From the human T2T-CHM13v2.0 reference genome, Homo sapiens, in the NCBI RefSeq assembly GCF_009914755.1, contig NC_060928.1: a stretch of 64,000 nt of DNA. One strand, 5' to 3'. The translations under genes and the position numbers were made by a program. This document shows positions 30,461 to 45,459 of the stretch, in pieces. The notes beneath the pieces were generated by a model that was given only the letters and a program-made list of their open reading frames with translations, was not told where the DNA came from and made no database searches. The stretch's first letter is position 1. Every line of letters starts with the position of its first letter.

Positions 30461-32519
30461 AAATTAACTTTTAAAGGTTAGCCTAGTTCAAATAATTTCA
30501 TGTTCCCTTTCTTTTTCCAAAATGTGCTTTTCTGTATTACAATTCTAGAAGATTAGCATGGTTTTTAGGGATGCCAATTCCTATGTTTTTAGATTATTCT
30601 GAAATTGGAGGGTCATATTATTTATATTTTGTATTCCTAAATTATAATTTTACCATGTGCCTAAGATGTTGATTTACAGTATATTTTATTTTTCTTCAGA
30701 AAGACATAAAGGAGAGATGAATCAAGGAATCTTATCCAAATGCTTTTCAAAATTAGTTTCATGCATGAGATAAAAGTTTTTAATGTCTAATTGAAATATT
30801 TATATTTTCACTATTAAGTAGAAATTGATATTAAGAATGAAATTTAGCCATATGTTGAAAGCCAGAAAGTAACAGTCAAAGAACACACCTAAATTAACAA
30901 ATATTTGCTTTGTGGTTTAAACATTGCAATTAAGACACTATTGTTACTTTGAAGGTATAGATTTTAAGTCACACGTTGAAATAAGGCAAAGAACATGACA
31001 TATAATTGTAACTAAAACGTGGCCATCTTGACAACATATTTTGATATTCCATAGATTCTATCTCTTATATATGTGATACCATGGTGCTAAATCTTTATAC
31101 TATTAATGGCTGGTTAACTCAATCAAATAAACCAGTTGTTTTAGTATTTTAAGGTAGAGGTTTCTTATATGCTATAATAATGGAGAACTAAGCGAGAATT
31201 CTCTTTGTCTCTTCATCTTCTTTTTGCATGTAAAGTTGTGTCTACATTTAGCATATCCAACATTTTGGCATTCAGTCAACTGTGTGGAAGAGTACATTGA
31301 CTTCAAATGAAGCACAGAGAAGTGGAACAGGAACTTCATGTTAGGGATCTAAATGCTAATGAGACCCTTGCACATGCTTTCTTGACTTCGAAATTAATAT
31401 ACATACTCATCAGTACCCTGTCTTTCTATTTCTTAAATTAGCTCAAGAGAGCAGCATGGTTTCCAGCGATGGTTAAACATTTCCACCAAGAAGCCTTAGT
31501 GAAATTGGAAAGTAATTGGAAGACAAAACAGGTATCTATGGCATATTCTCTTCTGTAACACTGAATTTTTTTTCTGTTTCTGTTTCAGATTTTATACTCA
31601 TTCTAATTTTACATTTTTAGTATGTATTTCTTTCAAACTTTATAGTAAAATTGTCTCCACAGGAAGATATTAGCATTTATCTCACAGTTGCTAAACCCTC
31701 TTACTACAATTTGAAGATCAAGAACAGAGACTGATGGAGAGTATAGTTCTGGCTTCAACAGTGACTAGCATCAGTAGCCTCGAACAAAATTGCCTTATAT
31801 CCTTAGGCTCCATTTCATTGCTTGTAAATAAGGGTTTTGAGAAAGTTCTGCCACAAAACTGTTTAATGAAGCTGTTAAAGTATAAGGTTTATATTGACTT
31901 GTTGTATTAAAAAGATTTAAAACACCCTTTTATGCCAAAATCTTGCCCCCAATCATTAATGAAATTAGCCTCATGGTTTTTTTTGAATGATATCTACAAT
32001 TCCGAAACCAATGAGAGGGAGCCCTCTTGTGGTTTAGGCATAGAGTGGCTTATGTTCTAGCTGCATTTATAAGATACAAGAATGTATAATCTTTGAAAAA
32101 TGTAACAACCTTAGATACCTACTGAATATGATCTAAAATTTATAGGAAATTTAAAAATTACAATTTTGGATATGTATACTTGTTCTTTAAATAATTCAGG
32201 GGAGTTTTTGAAACTAAAAGTATGCAGCACATAGTATGTTGCTGTCTGTAATTATATTCTTATTTAGTAAAAACCTTTCAGTATATACTTGGTTAGTAGT
32301 TATAATGATCAGTAAAGACACCAAAGTGGTTCAGGTCACCTCACTTAGGAAGTAGAGGACAAAATAATGACATTAAAATAGATAACTGCACATTAAATAC
32401 CTTTTACACTCTTTAACTGTATTTCTGAGTGATAAGCATCAAACATTTTGATCACTTAGGGATTTACCATGCTTATAACAGCAGGTGAACTTGCTATATT
32501 TTGTTGCTTAAGAATACAA

Positions 32520-33366
32520 TATATAACACATATTAAAAGGTAAAAAATTAAGTAAAAAATTTATGAAGCTAAGGTTAATTATTATTAAAGAAATTTCAAA
32601 AATTAAACTTACTGTAGCCTAAGTGTACAGCCTTTAAAAACTCTACAGTAGTGTGGCTGGGCATGGTGGCTCATGCCTGTAATCCTAGCATGTTAGGAGG
32701 CCAAAGCAGATGGATCACCTGAGGTCAGGAGTTCAAGACCAGCCTGCCCAATGTGGTGAAATCCCATCTCTACTAAAAAATACAAAAGTTAGCTGGGCAT
32801 GGTCGTGGGCGCCTGTAATCTCAGGTACTCAGGAGGCTGAGGCAAGGAGAATTGCTTGAACCCGGGAGGCAGAGGTTGCAGTGATCTGAGATCACGCCAC
32901 TGTACTCTAGCCTGGGCTACAAAGCGAGACTCCATCTCAAAAAAAAAAAAAAAAAAAAAAAAAGGTCAACAGTAGTGTAATAATATCCTAGGACTTCATA
33001 CTCACTCACCACTTACTCAGGGCAACTTCCAGTCTGCAGGCTCCTTTCAAGTTAAATGCCCTATATAGGTGTACTGCATTTTACCTTTTATTCTATATTT
33101 TTATTGTACCTTTTCTATGCTTACATATGTTTAGAAACACAAATACTTACCATCGTATTACAGTTGTCTGCACTATTCAGTATAGTAACATGCTGTACAG
33201 GTTTGTAGCCTAGAAGCAACAGACTATCCCATATACTCTAGCCTAGATGTAGTGGTCTATCCCATGTAGGTATATAGAAATACACCCTATGGTGTTTACA
33301 CAATGACAAATCATCTAATGACACATTTCTTAGAACATATTCCTGTCATTAAGCAACTCATGACTT
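32520..33366. mobile_element. Tigger3-like DNA transposon interrupted by an Alu
   Basis: gaagctaaggttaatt...tgtagcctaagtgtacag and a terminal catttcttagaacatattcctgtcattaagcaactcatgact. Confidence 0.75.
32655..32963 (+). mobile_element. Alu (Sx/Sq-like)
   Basis: Full dimer with a long poly-A. TSD acagtagtgt. Confidence 0.94.
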
Positions 33367-34574
33367 ATACTAGCACATTAATATTACTTTTTAAAGTTTC
33401 TTTTCAGAAATGAAATTATATTATCCATTAGGTGAATAAGGCATATGAACATAATTTCCCTAGTTGTATATTTGGTGACTTGAAATTTCATCTTTTTTCA
33501 TTTACCCCAGCATTTTCATTAATGTTCACAGATAATATAAAAAGATATTTCAAATATAACCAATTCGCAACAGTAAATGGATTCTAATATATTTGATTTA
33601 AAGTAAATTGCAAATAACATAACATGTTCATTTGTTTCTCATATTCTTTTTCATTCAAGAAGGAAAAAACACAAATTAATCACCTAAGTTGGAAGGATGT
33701 TTCAATCCACTATATGCAATGCATCAATATAAGTTCCATCACTTTAGAAAAGACTGATTCTTGCTTAGAGATTATTGATTACCCAGGAGAATTACTAACC
33801 TAAAGTGAAAATAAAAGAAAACTCTTGTCTATGACACACGGTTCCTGCAGATTATTTCCTGTTTTGCTTTGCTCCTGAAAGTGGAGGAAGCTTTTCTGTT
33901 TGTTACCCATTGAAGTTTTCATGGCCTAATAATGTGGCGACTCAAAAAATTTGCTGATGATAAAGAGGAGAACAAAGGAAGCACCCAGCTTCAATTCTGG
34001 TATTTATCAAATAAAATGTGATAGAGTAAAGCAGTGTTTCTTAGAAAGGATCTAATAATTTATTATCAATCTTCTTTAACTTTCTGGCAATTAAAAATAA
34101 ATTTGTGCTTTTGGATTTTCTATTATCTGTCAAATAATTTGGCAATTTTAATAAATTTATTGTTTTTGATTTATATTTCATTCCAATTTTCTTTGATTAG
34201 CCACTTAGGAAATTCAATGTTATGCCTGTAAGCTTGATCTTCCACAGAATAAGTATTTCAAACAAGGTCAATCTGTAGGAATTTGCTTTTTGGGGAGGGA
34301 GAAGTCATTTAAATAAGACTCTATAAACATACTTATTTCTTTAACAGATCATTTAGAAGAGTTATTTTTTTCCCCCAGAAAGAAAAGGAACCTGACATCA
34401 AAATAGTGATTTTGTAACGGCTTAAGAACAGAGACCAGTTTGGAAGATCAAGAGCCATTAGGTTACAGAACTGTGAGTGAATGTCACATGCATTTTAACT
34501 AGTATTCCTTCATTGTTTGAAGAACAAGTGTTCAGACAATTCATTCCTCATGTCACAGAATGGGCTATAGATGA

Positions 34575-35007
34575 TGATAGGATTCTCTCCTGGACCACGC
34601 TCTGGTCATACTCCTCTGAGATCCCTTTTTGATTAGGCCCCAACTTGGGTTCTGTTCTTGGCCTAGTTAGTTCAATTAGGCAAGAATTCTGCTGGTTCAG
34701 TTTAACGAAAATCCCTTATCTTTGATATCTAATCAAATTTCTTATCCCCCCCACATTCAGTATCTTATCACCCTGGCTGCATTCAGCAAGAATTTTGCTA
34801 AGTCAGTTTAGCCAGAATCCCTTCGAGGTTTCCTCTCTAGTAATTTTCCACCCACTGACCATCACTTATCCAAAATCCCCACTTATCCTGGTATTCAGAA
34901 TGCAGCCCCGTTCTATACTGAGGTCTCTCTGTCCCCAGTGCAATAGTTCCTGAATAAAATTTGCCTTCACTGCTTTAACTTATGTCCAGCTCTGCTTTTC
35001 TTTCACA
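34575..35007 (+). mobile_element. Solo LTR, MER31/MER67-like (ERV1)
   Basis: tctctcctggacca...ctcctctgag, repeated gcaagaatt(c/t)tgct...tcagttta motifs, AATAAA, and an end at ttttctttcaCA. Confidence 0.6.
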
Positions 35008-35830
35008 GTGCCAGCTTCTGTTCACAACCCAGCTTCCAGTTAACAGTTTGCCCAAGTGAATTTTTAAATACTGTCAGAGCAGTACAATGTTGGATAAAGA
35101 GCATCAACAGAGATAACCTGATAAGACAACACATGGGGTCAAATATACAAATATAAAGAAACATAAAAACAAACTAAATATTTATAGTATAGTTCAGTAA
35201 ATATGGTCTAATTCAATTTAGGATTCCAATGAATGCGTATTTAAAAATGCAAATTACACAAAATTACAAAGAAGGAATATATTTAGAAAATCAGTTTATC
35301 AAGGCAGAAAGCAACTGTCAGCAAGAGTATATTGAAATAAACTATGTAAAGAAAAATAACCAATGTAGTGATATGGAAAATGATGAATATCATGAGAGTA
35401 ATGAAAGTATTTTAAACCATAGTAGTATAAATTGACTTAATTAATCACAGTTTACCAATAAGCTTCTTTCCATTCTTAGTGTGGTCACATTACATTTATT
35501 CCTATACATTTTGTTTAGGGATCCATTACCTATAGATATCGCTAACACTTGTACTTACAGATGACCTGGACTGATTCTATGGCAGTATTTCAGTACAGAG
35601 TTTTTGCTGATGTCATGATATGAACCACATAAGCAATTAGTGAAGGCCAGCTTACTGAAGAAAATCATCATGCTGATTTAGCAAGGAATTTTCAATCTAA
35701 GTTTTTTTCCTGAACTTTGTGCCAGTCAATATATAAAAGTGTCAAACACTATTACATATAAATTATAGGTACTTTAAAAATGATAGACTAATTATCACAC
35801 ACCAAATAGTAATATTTTCTTAAATTTCTT

Positions 35831-36129
<299 letters not shown>

Positions 36130-36614
36130 CTATTTGTTTACTACTATTCTATCACTAAACTCCAGTCTAACTCTGTGGAGGAAAAAAGAAAGATGAAATT
36201 ATAGGTTTAAAAAAACATCAGTATTCCATTTTGAAATAGTCTCTATGGGTAAGTCAAGTGAAAGTGGTTTATTCAATAAACAGATTTTAAGAAGTCTTTC
36301 AAACAAACAAAAACTACAAATACACTAATGCCAAATCATTTTTCTAGTTAGTAATACTTCTTCTCTCATTCTATCCTTAGTAGAAAAGTTCCATTCACCA
36401 TCCTTCTCATTGTGCTTTTCCTATAATGAAATGCATATATTAAGACTTCTCTGAATGATATATCACTGACTTTGTAATCCTAGATGTAATAGTTTCCATG
36501 AGAACAGGAATGTAGCATGACTTTTGTCAGGAAGACAACATGATTCTTTGGTAAAATCTGGTCTTTAAAAAAATTAGACAAAAGAGGTATCCATATTCTT
36601 GAAAAGTGTTCATT

Positions 36615-36620
36615 TTTATT
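36615..36620 (-). terminator. Candidate distal polyadenylation signal of GLRA3
   Basis: AATAAA on the minus strand, followed about 35-55 nt downstream by a U/GU-rich tract (cctcttttgtctaattttttt). It lies at the edge of the repeat-poor block. Confidence 0.55.
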
Positions 36621-37930
36621 GTTTCGGATCAAATTATCTATAGTTACATGTTAAATACTTTATACTGTTCACAGGTTAATGACTCTGATAGAGAGTCTGT
36701 TAGTTGCAAAATTGAACTAAATATAATATAATGAAAAACAAGTTGATGAAATCGTGCATAAATTTTTAAATATGTTTTCAGTATAATTTCCTGGAAAAAT
36801 ATGACAGCATCTGGACAAGGAAGACAGACTTAGACATAAGACTCAAGAAGACAGAAAAATAATTTACACCATAAAAACCATAAAATAGCAATACTTCTTT
36901 TGGTAGTCCTTTAAACAACTTGACTCACTAATAATGAAGTCACTGTATATCATATAAAGATGGTACATGGAAAATATATGGCACATTTTCTTTTTGTTTT
37001 GTTTTTCATAGCATATCATATTATATCTGTAGAATGTCAGGGTACTTCACTCTATTTCCCCCCCCCATATTATCATTTATCATACATTAAAATACAAATT
37101 TAAGTAATGACCATTGAATAATTCATAGAGAAAAAAGTGAAGAAGTGCAAAATTATTCAAGCATATTCAAGTACAATTTTACATCTGAATCCTTTCCTGC
37201 CATTTAAGTCACAGCTCCCTAGTATTAACCACCCAGGCTGGATACTGTGTATGTGAGCGGGGTTGCCCAAAGGCGCCATTGCTAAAACCACCCCAGAGTA
37301 AAAGCAGCTATTAAAATAAAACAACTTAATCCCCTGTACTTTTGTTATAGCTTTACTCTAAAAACACACAATATGGTTAATATGGTTTGCTGCTAGTTTT
37401 TTTAAATTCATATTACTTTGTAGAGTTTTATATAATATCTTCATATCTGAAATAAATTTAAAAATATTTAATTTAAATTTATTGCTGTTATAGGAAGACA
37501 TTAACAGTTACTGAAAATAATATACATAGAAATTTTCATCAATTTCTATTTATCTATGTAGATAATTAATTTTATATTTCATTATTTTATAAGCCTGAAA
37601 ATATCTCATCATTGTTTAACACTTACAATGCTCTCATGAATGGTTTAAATAAGAATAAAGCTAGTGATAAGGGGTTGATTGAACTTAAACACAGACAGCA
37701 GAAATGTGAAAATATATGCTAGTTGTCTTATAGGAGGGGAATAAACTTACTTGGTATTTTAGGAAGTAAAAGTCATTTCTTGATGAAGATTAACATTTTT
37801 ATCATCTAGAGTTATGTCACAATGGAACAGAAGACTGCCCTCAGAGTAATGAGCTACCTGTTGCTATCTGGGTGCTCGAAGAATGTGGATAATGTAATGG
37901 TGAAGATTCTGACATTGGGAGGAAAGCTGA

Positions 37931-38272
<342 letters not shown>

Positions 38273-39044
38273 TATTTTTAATTCTAAGAATATAAATGAG
38301 AGACAACTAAAATTAGTTGCTTGAAGAAAGAAAAAATGATAAAACTTAAAAAGTGTTAAATTGATCCTTATTAAGAGAATAAGCTTGTGTAAGTTCACAC
38401 GAATTCTCTCACTTCTGGAATTTTTTCAATCATCCAGAATTTCAGATCTTATTCCAAAAATACTAAATTTAGCACTTGGGACAGTGCCAGGCACACATAA
38501 GGTACTCAATGAATATTTGTTTAATCAATGATTAAATCATAATCTTCTATGTTGGACACCAAGCATATGTATGTATTTTTAAAATGTGTAAGGAATTCCA
38601 ACACATAGCCAGGGTTCAAAATCACTTTTTAAAAATAATACTCCATCACCTTAAATGTCTCCTCTTTGTTTATGTGTTAACCACAAAAACTACTGAGAAA
38701 ACCACCTGTTCAGACACTACAAAGTCATCCAATATTACTAGCTGTCTTTTGAAAAAGGTTTTTGACAGTTATTTAGCTGTTCTTCAAAAACGGTTCAAAT
38801 AGTGTTTTAGAATTTGATTGTTAAGGGTTAAAGACTTGATCCAGTTAGCTTTGTTTATGTGTTTTTGAGGCAAAAGATTGTTGCATGATTAAGAGCTGGC
38901 CAAATCGAATGACTGCATGGTTCATATTTTCCACCAGGAATCACTTAATATTGCAAAACATATCACAGGATTATGAACCTTTGTCTAGAAAAATTGACTG
39001 TCTTTGTATTTTTAATCTAAAGGAATTCATCTCATTACCAATAT

Positions 39045-39049
<5 letters not shown>

Positions 39050-39086
<37 letters not shown>

Positions 39087-39099
39087 GAGAGAGAGAGAG
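39050..39099. repeat. Compound (TG)n(AG)n microsatellite
   Basis: Directly visible: about 16 TG units, then about 8 AG units. Confidence 0.95.
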
Positions 39100-42000
39100 G
39101 GAAAGGGAAGAGATGAAGGCATTATTAAGATGTAAAATGTAGACCAAAAAAACAGGTAAGTGGGTCCTAGCTACTAACTTGGGATTATATCTCTTGTCCT
39201 CATATCTGGAAGAAGCTTCCCCAGGATATTTTTCCCTGCCCTAGTTCCGTTTAAATTGTAGAGAGTTATATTTTACACATGGCCTATAAGTATCTTTGTT
39301 ATGGAAGAATATGCATCACTTTACTTTTGAAGTAATTGGAGTACCAGGTGTCTCCCTATGGAAGTTCACTTTTTAATATCACTATGTTTGTAAAGAGGAA
39401 TGGGGGCTGAGATAAAAGTTTAATTTTAAAGTTAATTAAATTAATGCAATTTACAGTGTACACTGCTTATTTATCCATGAAAGGTTTATATAACAATAAA
39501 AAAAATGCAGTGAGGCTATATTTACCACTGTAGCACACAAATAAGGAAATAAAAACCAATGCATCTGCTGAGGAAGATGTCTCTTATACAGGTACAAGAT
39601 GCAATGGGTATTATGGGTACTTTATTTGCAAGAGGGAATCTGTGTGAACATTTACACTATTTCTTCTAATATATTGTATTAACACCAGATTGTCTTATAT
39701 TTGGAATGGCTTGCTTTTCTTTGCTAGTTCAATATTAACTAGATGAAAAATATAGGTCGTATATGCTGATAAATTTTGGGAGTTTATGCTATTATCTATG
39801 TTGCAAAGAGTGTGGAATCACTTTTGGAGTAGAAGATATCATGACCTCAAGGATTGTTAATGATATCTGTCTAAGGATCATTAGATACATTTTTGTTCTC
39901 AGAGTTTTGTTCTTAGAGTGTTCTAAATTTTTAGGGGACACCTGTGAAAAACAATGCTGTCAGTTTCCTTCTTTTCCATTTACAAAATACTGCAAGTATT
40001 TTCCATTTCAATTTTGGCAAGTCTCTTGTATTCTCTCATGTCCATTTCCTGGAATGTGTACTTTATAGATGAAATAAAAATTTAGCTGCCAGTATAATAT
40101 TCAGTCCTCCCAAGTAACCAGCAGGTTGAAGTATGTTGTGTTGAGAAAAATAGAAAAGCATATTTTAAAAAGTGGAATAAAAAATGTTCAGAAAAAGGGA
40201 TGTATAGTATGGAAGATACATCTAAATCTTTTTTCAAATATTATAACTACTTAAGTTGCACTGAGTACTAAAGTAGTGAACAGCTTGCTCTCTTCTGTTA
40301 GTTAAACATTTAGATTATTCATTTTTTTTTCTAAAATTTCCCTTACCTTCCATGAGATCCTGGGTATTCATAAACTAATACATGAATTCATGTCTTAGGG
40401 ATATATAAATATACAAGCAATTAAATTCCAAATTAAGATAAAAGTTATTAGAATATATCAACAGAATAAGAATTAATTTTAGAATAAGATGAGCAGTCCG
40501 GATGATTCCCTAATATAGCCACTGAGAGTTGGATGGGGTCTCCAGCGCCATGGAGAAACTTTTGGAAGGGTTGGAGAAGTTTTAAACACCCTCAGCTTTC
40601 TTGAAAATACAGTGACTCTTGAATCTATTTAAAGTTGTAAAGTAAGTTCTAGAGCCTCATTATGGTATTTAAGTTCAATTCTAATGGTTGGGAAAGAAAG
40701 AAAAGGTTGGGCACATATATGCTAATGTATAAGATAGCCTATAAATTCATATGCTATGGAATCAAATATTTCAATGATTGACATACAAATAATTCTTTTT
40801 AAGAAAATGATATAAACTGCATACATGAAAATCCCATATTTTCTAATGTGGCTATTTTAAAATACTTCAGAATATGCACATTGGAATTCCAATTTGTGTG
40901 TTTAGTAGTTAATGTATATGCACACATTTTTAATTTCTTGCCATTAATAATTTTGTGGTTGGTTTAATTTAAAATATTCTGGTTGGACACAGGGCTTATT
41001 GAGGCAAATATTATCTCAGGATGCTAACTGCAATGTAATTTTTCAGTTTTAAAAGGTCTATAAGAGTTCGAAGGAGGAGACACATTCCTTTAAACATATT
41101 GGATTCAGCCACATGCACCTTGTCACTGTTGCCTTGTGAGTGAAAGCTGTTAAAGTATTTTCTTAGTGCAGTAAGACAGTGACAAATATAATAGGAAAGG
41201 AAAACTATGCCTAAGGAAAGTGTAATACTTTTGAGATAGATTTCTAATGTACCAACGTCCTTGTTGACAATATTGTCTCATGTTTGGTATTTTCACTTTC
41301 TAAGTTTCTGATTTAACAAAGACACATTTATAATATTCTCAAATATGGAAAGAAGTGATGTCTGTGAATTTCTTTTGGAAGTAAGCATGTTTGCATTCAT
41401 TATATTTCTGTTTGCTCCTGGCAGAATTCACTTAAGCAATGTTGGGAAACTTTTGAAATAAGATGTGGAAAGTATAGAAAAACGTATTCAGGTATTTCAG
41501 AGACACATCGAGATGATGTAGTTTATAATTACCTCAAACTCTCCTGCTAATTCTCAAGGAATACAAATGACATATCTTGCTCTAATCTTTAGAACAAGAA
41601 TATGTTTCCATGGTTTTGTTAAATACACACCAAATGAAGAAGCATATGTTTAATTTTCAGGTGCACAGTCCTCAACGTGGGTACTTACAGAGTAACAAAT
41701 TCTTTTGGTTGTGTCATTTGCACATAATGCCAAACATGATATTATTTCCTTATAGTGTTGTTTTAAGTTACTTATAAAGGAGGGGAACTTGGTCTTTTAC
41801 TAGCAAAAACTGCTTAACATTTACTATTTTTTAAAATGTTATTTTAAAAAATTACAATTGTATAAGCTGATGTACAATAACATTGTAAAGGTTTTAGTTT
41901 TAAATGGTAGTTTTTGCTTTTAATTTGAAAGTGGTTGAAGGGTAGAAAATAGCATCTTGTTAAAGAACTGGCTTTTCTATTGTACATCTGAGTTCATTGT

Positions 42001-43458
42001 TTTCTTAATCTTTAAAGTTTTCTCTGTGAATAATTTGGTGGACTGAGTTTGTGCATCTGACCAATAATTAAAATACCTAAAAAGCATTCCAAAGCTTTTC
42101 CAAATAAATTTATGGTAAAAATAGTTAAAAAAATAGCAAAACTGAAAAAGAGTCAGAGTCTGGTTCTGTTTACCAAGAACTCTATCATACATTTGCACCC
42201 AATTACACTGCAAAAAACAAGTTACTAATGCTCTGTTTTTGTTGAAGTAATCCCATGGGGTCATTGAAAAATTTTATGTAAAAATTTCATTTAAAATTAT
42301 TCACATCTTGCGAATGGCTTAGATTTTGAAATCATTAATTCAGAAATAGAAAAAGAGTCCTCACTTTATAGAAATGACTTACTTATATCATTTAAAATTA
42401 AAACTTTCCCTACTTATATTTGGAGATAGGAGTTGAGACCCATAAAACATTGATGGGAAAATGGTTTTTATTAAAAAATCTTCCATGAATCCATTTTGTT
42501 TTCATTGTATTCATTTTTATCAAAATGTAAATACTTTAATCCCATTGAATTTTAAAGTCACATTCTAAACTAAAATATAAAAGTCTTACTGAATTTTGTC
42601 CTGTTATATCAAATTATTAAACACAATCACATACAGTTAAGTAGCTATTAAAAGTCTAACAAAAACAAGGGTGCTGGCTTGAATTGTTCAATGTTTGGCA
42701 ATAACTAAAAATACATAGCTATAATACTTATTTAAAAACAAAGTTGTTTCCCGTATTTCCACCTTCGTTCCTAGAGATACAAAGTTTAAGAAAAGTAGAT
42801 TGTGACTGTAACACGATCTCTTGTTATTTGTTTTAAATTTGCACAGAGGAAAACTTAATATTCTAAACAATTAAATTTAGTATTCCAAATCATTAAAGTC
42901 TTTTAATGCTCTTATTTAAAAATTTTCAAAATTACATATGTTGTTTAAATAGTATTTATATGTACAATCCTCCATTAATATGAGTGAATTTCCCACTGTA
43001 ACTAATTATTTTCCCATTTTGTAACTATACTATAAGAAAATAGTTTTAAATCTCAAACTATTGGTTTACTGTGCAAAATTTGCTTTTGTATGATTTAATA
43101 GCATTGAATTACAAATCAAGGAATTTCAAAGTAGTTTTCATGTCTACTATTATGAGATATTATATAACATATAAACACATTGGCAGTAAAGCTTCCACTT
43201 ACATGGTTTACTGTGAAAAAACAAATCACCTGGAATTAATATGAAATAGAATCCCCTAATAAATATTTTATATTCATTAAAAGAATCTCATCTTTCTCAT
43301 GACTTTGCATAGCTAACCAAAATACAAAGCTTTTCCATATGCCATTTTAATACAATGGTCATCATTTGTATACCACACGCACACATATACACATACACAC
43401 CTATGGCAGAGACACTTTCTTCTGAATTGACCATTTGCATTTGCATGCCCCCAGAGAC

Positions 43459-43737
43459 TTAATCTTGCTGCTGATGAATATCCTCATGCCTAAGAATTTT
43501 ATAGATAACCCAGTAGAAAATATTAAAAATCAAAAAAGCTAATGGGAAGCAGGCTCGGGAGATGGTATCAATCTTCTTGGCCCGGTCGATAAAGACCTTC
43601 CTCATTTCATCAGGACTTTTTGGCATTACCTGGACAGGGTGGTTGGGGCCCTTTGGAGTCATGCCATCCTTTGCTTGTAGACATGGTCCCATTCCATAGG
43701 CTGTGAAGCTGAATCGGCTTTCCCTTACCTCATCATC
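43459..43737 (-). CDS. GLRA3: Glycine receptor alpha-3, last coding exon (end of TM3-TM4 loop, TM4, C-terminus)
   Basis: Acceptor tttctttgacag|GAT, phase 0, 279 nt: [25 protein letters not shown]...[44 protein letters not shown]. Includes the RESR PKA site. Confidence 0.98.
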   Translation of the reverse strand, partial: DDEVRESRFSFTAYGMGPCLQAKDGMTPKGPNHPVQVMPKSPDEMRKVFIDRAKKIDTISRACFPLAFLIFNIFYWVIYKILRHEDIHQQQD

Positions 43738-44804
43738 CTGTCAAAGAAAAATGTGACAAGGCCCTTTAATAATACAATAGAGCATGTATAACAGGCATCT
43801 CAGAATCATAACCAATTTTATCATGGTTAATATTTACATTAATATAAGGAAAAGATAACCGAAGCATATAAAGATGAATTGGTTTTTATTCCCTATTGAA
43901 GTTTTATTAATTTATCTTGCTGCATTGTATAGCTGTGCCCATTAATAAATGTGAAATCCCAAAGGGTATGTTTTAATGGGAAAACTAAATTCTGATATTT
44001 TCTACATATTGCTTGAATATCTAAATTAAAAAAAAAACAAGATAAAATCTATTGTGTTATATATGTTCATAAACTAGATTTTTTTTTTGCATTATTTTTT
44101 TAAATGGATAAATGTGTGATGTCGAAGGGGAACATACCAGGATCATTGACTGAATTTTTCTTTCTCATGGAGACAAACCTTTTAAAGTTTTTCTTTCAAT
44201 TCGAAGTCAATTCCTCAGAAAATACAGTCTAGTTCAATAATACTGTTTGGTTTATGTTATTCTCCCTTTATGCTACTTTTCTGTTTTACACTAACCTTTT
44301 TGGAATACTTAGAAGATGGCCATGTATTCTAGTTTATATATGACTATGTTCCAGGCACATTGGTTTGGTTGAAATTGTGAATTATATCTGGCAGAAGTTT
44401 ATTTCATGTTAAGAACATAAACTTTTCATAAATTTATTACTATGTTCTTCTAAAAAGTATCATTTCTTTTAAATGTGGCAAACTGAAGAGAATTTTCCAT
44501 GTTTGTAAATGAAGGGAATAAAGAAAAATTTAAATAAAAAATTATTTAATAATATATGATGAAATATACTTGAGAGAAATATAATATTTAATAACAATGC
44601 AAATTATTAATAATTTACTTTAACACATTTATTTAGAGTGTAATGGTAGCTGGCTACCAATGAGTAATGGTTTATTTGGCTACTAAATTGAAGGTCTAAA
44701 AGATGAGAAGACATTTAATAAAGTTGTTATATCTCTCCTATGATAATGCTTTTTCATAATAATATAAAAGATCAAATAATTGGCTTGAACTCTTGAAAAT
44801 TATG

Positions 44805-45459
<655 letters not shown>

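Noticed and set aside
32501-32517. ttgttgcttaagaatac, a 16/17 match to the 5' part of mature miR-137
   Set aside because: No precursor hairpin, the mismatch falls in the seed, and it lies beyond the inferred UTR end. Probably chance in AT-rich DNA.
43459-43692. ORF-track start at ATG 43692 as an independent 77-aa gene
   Set aside because: It is an internal Met of the last GLRA3 exon. The frame begins at the splice acceptor at 43737.
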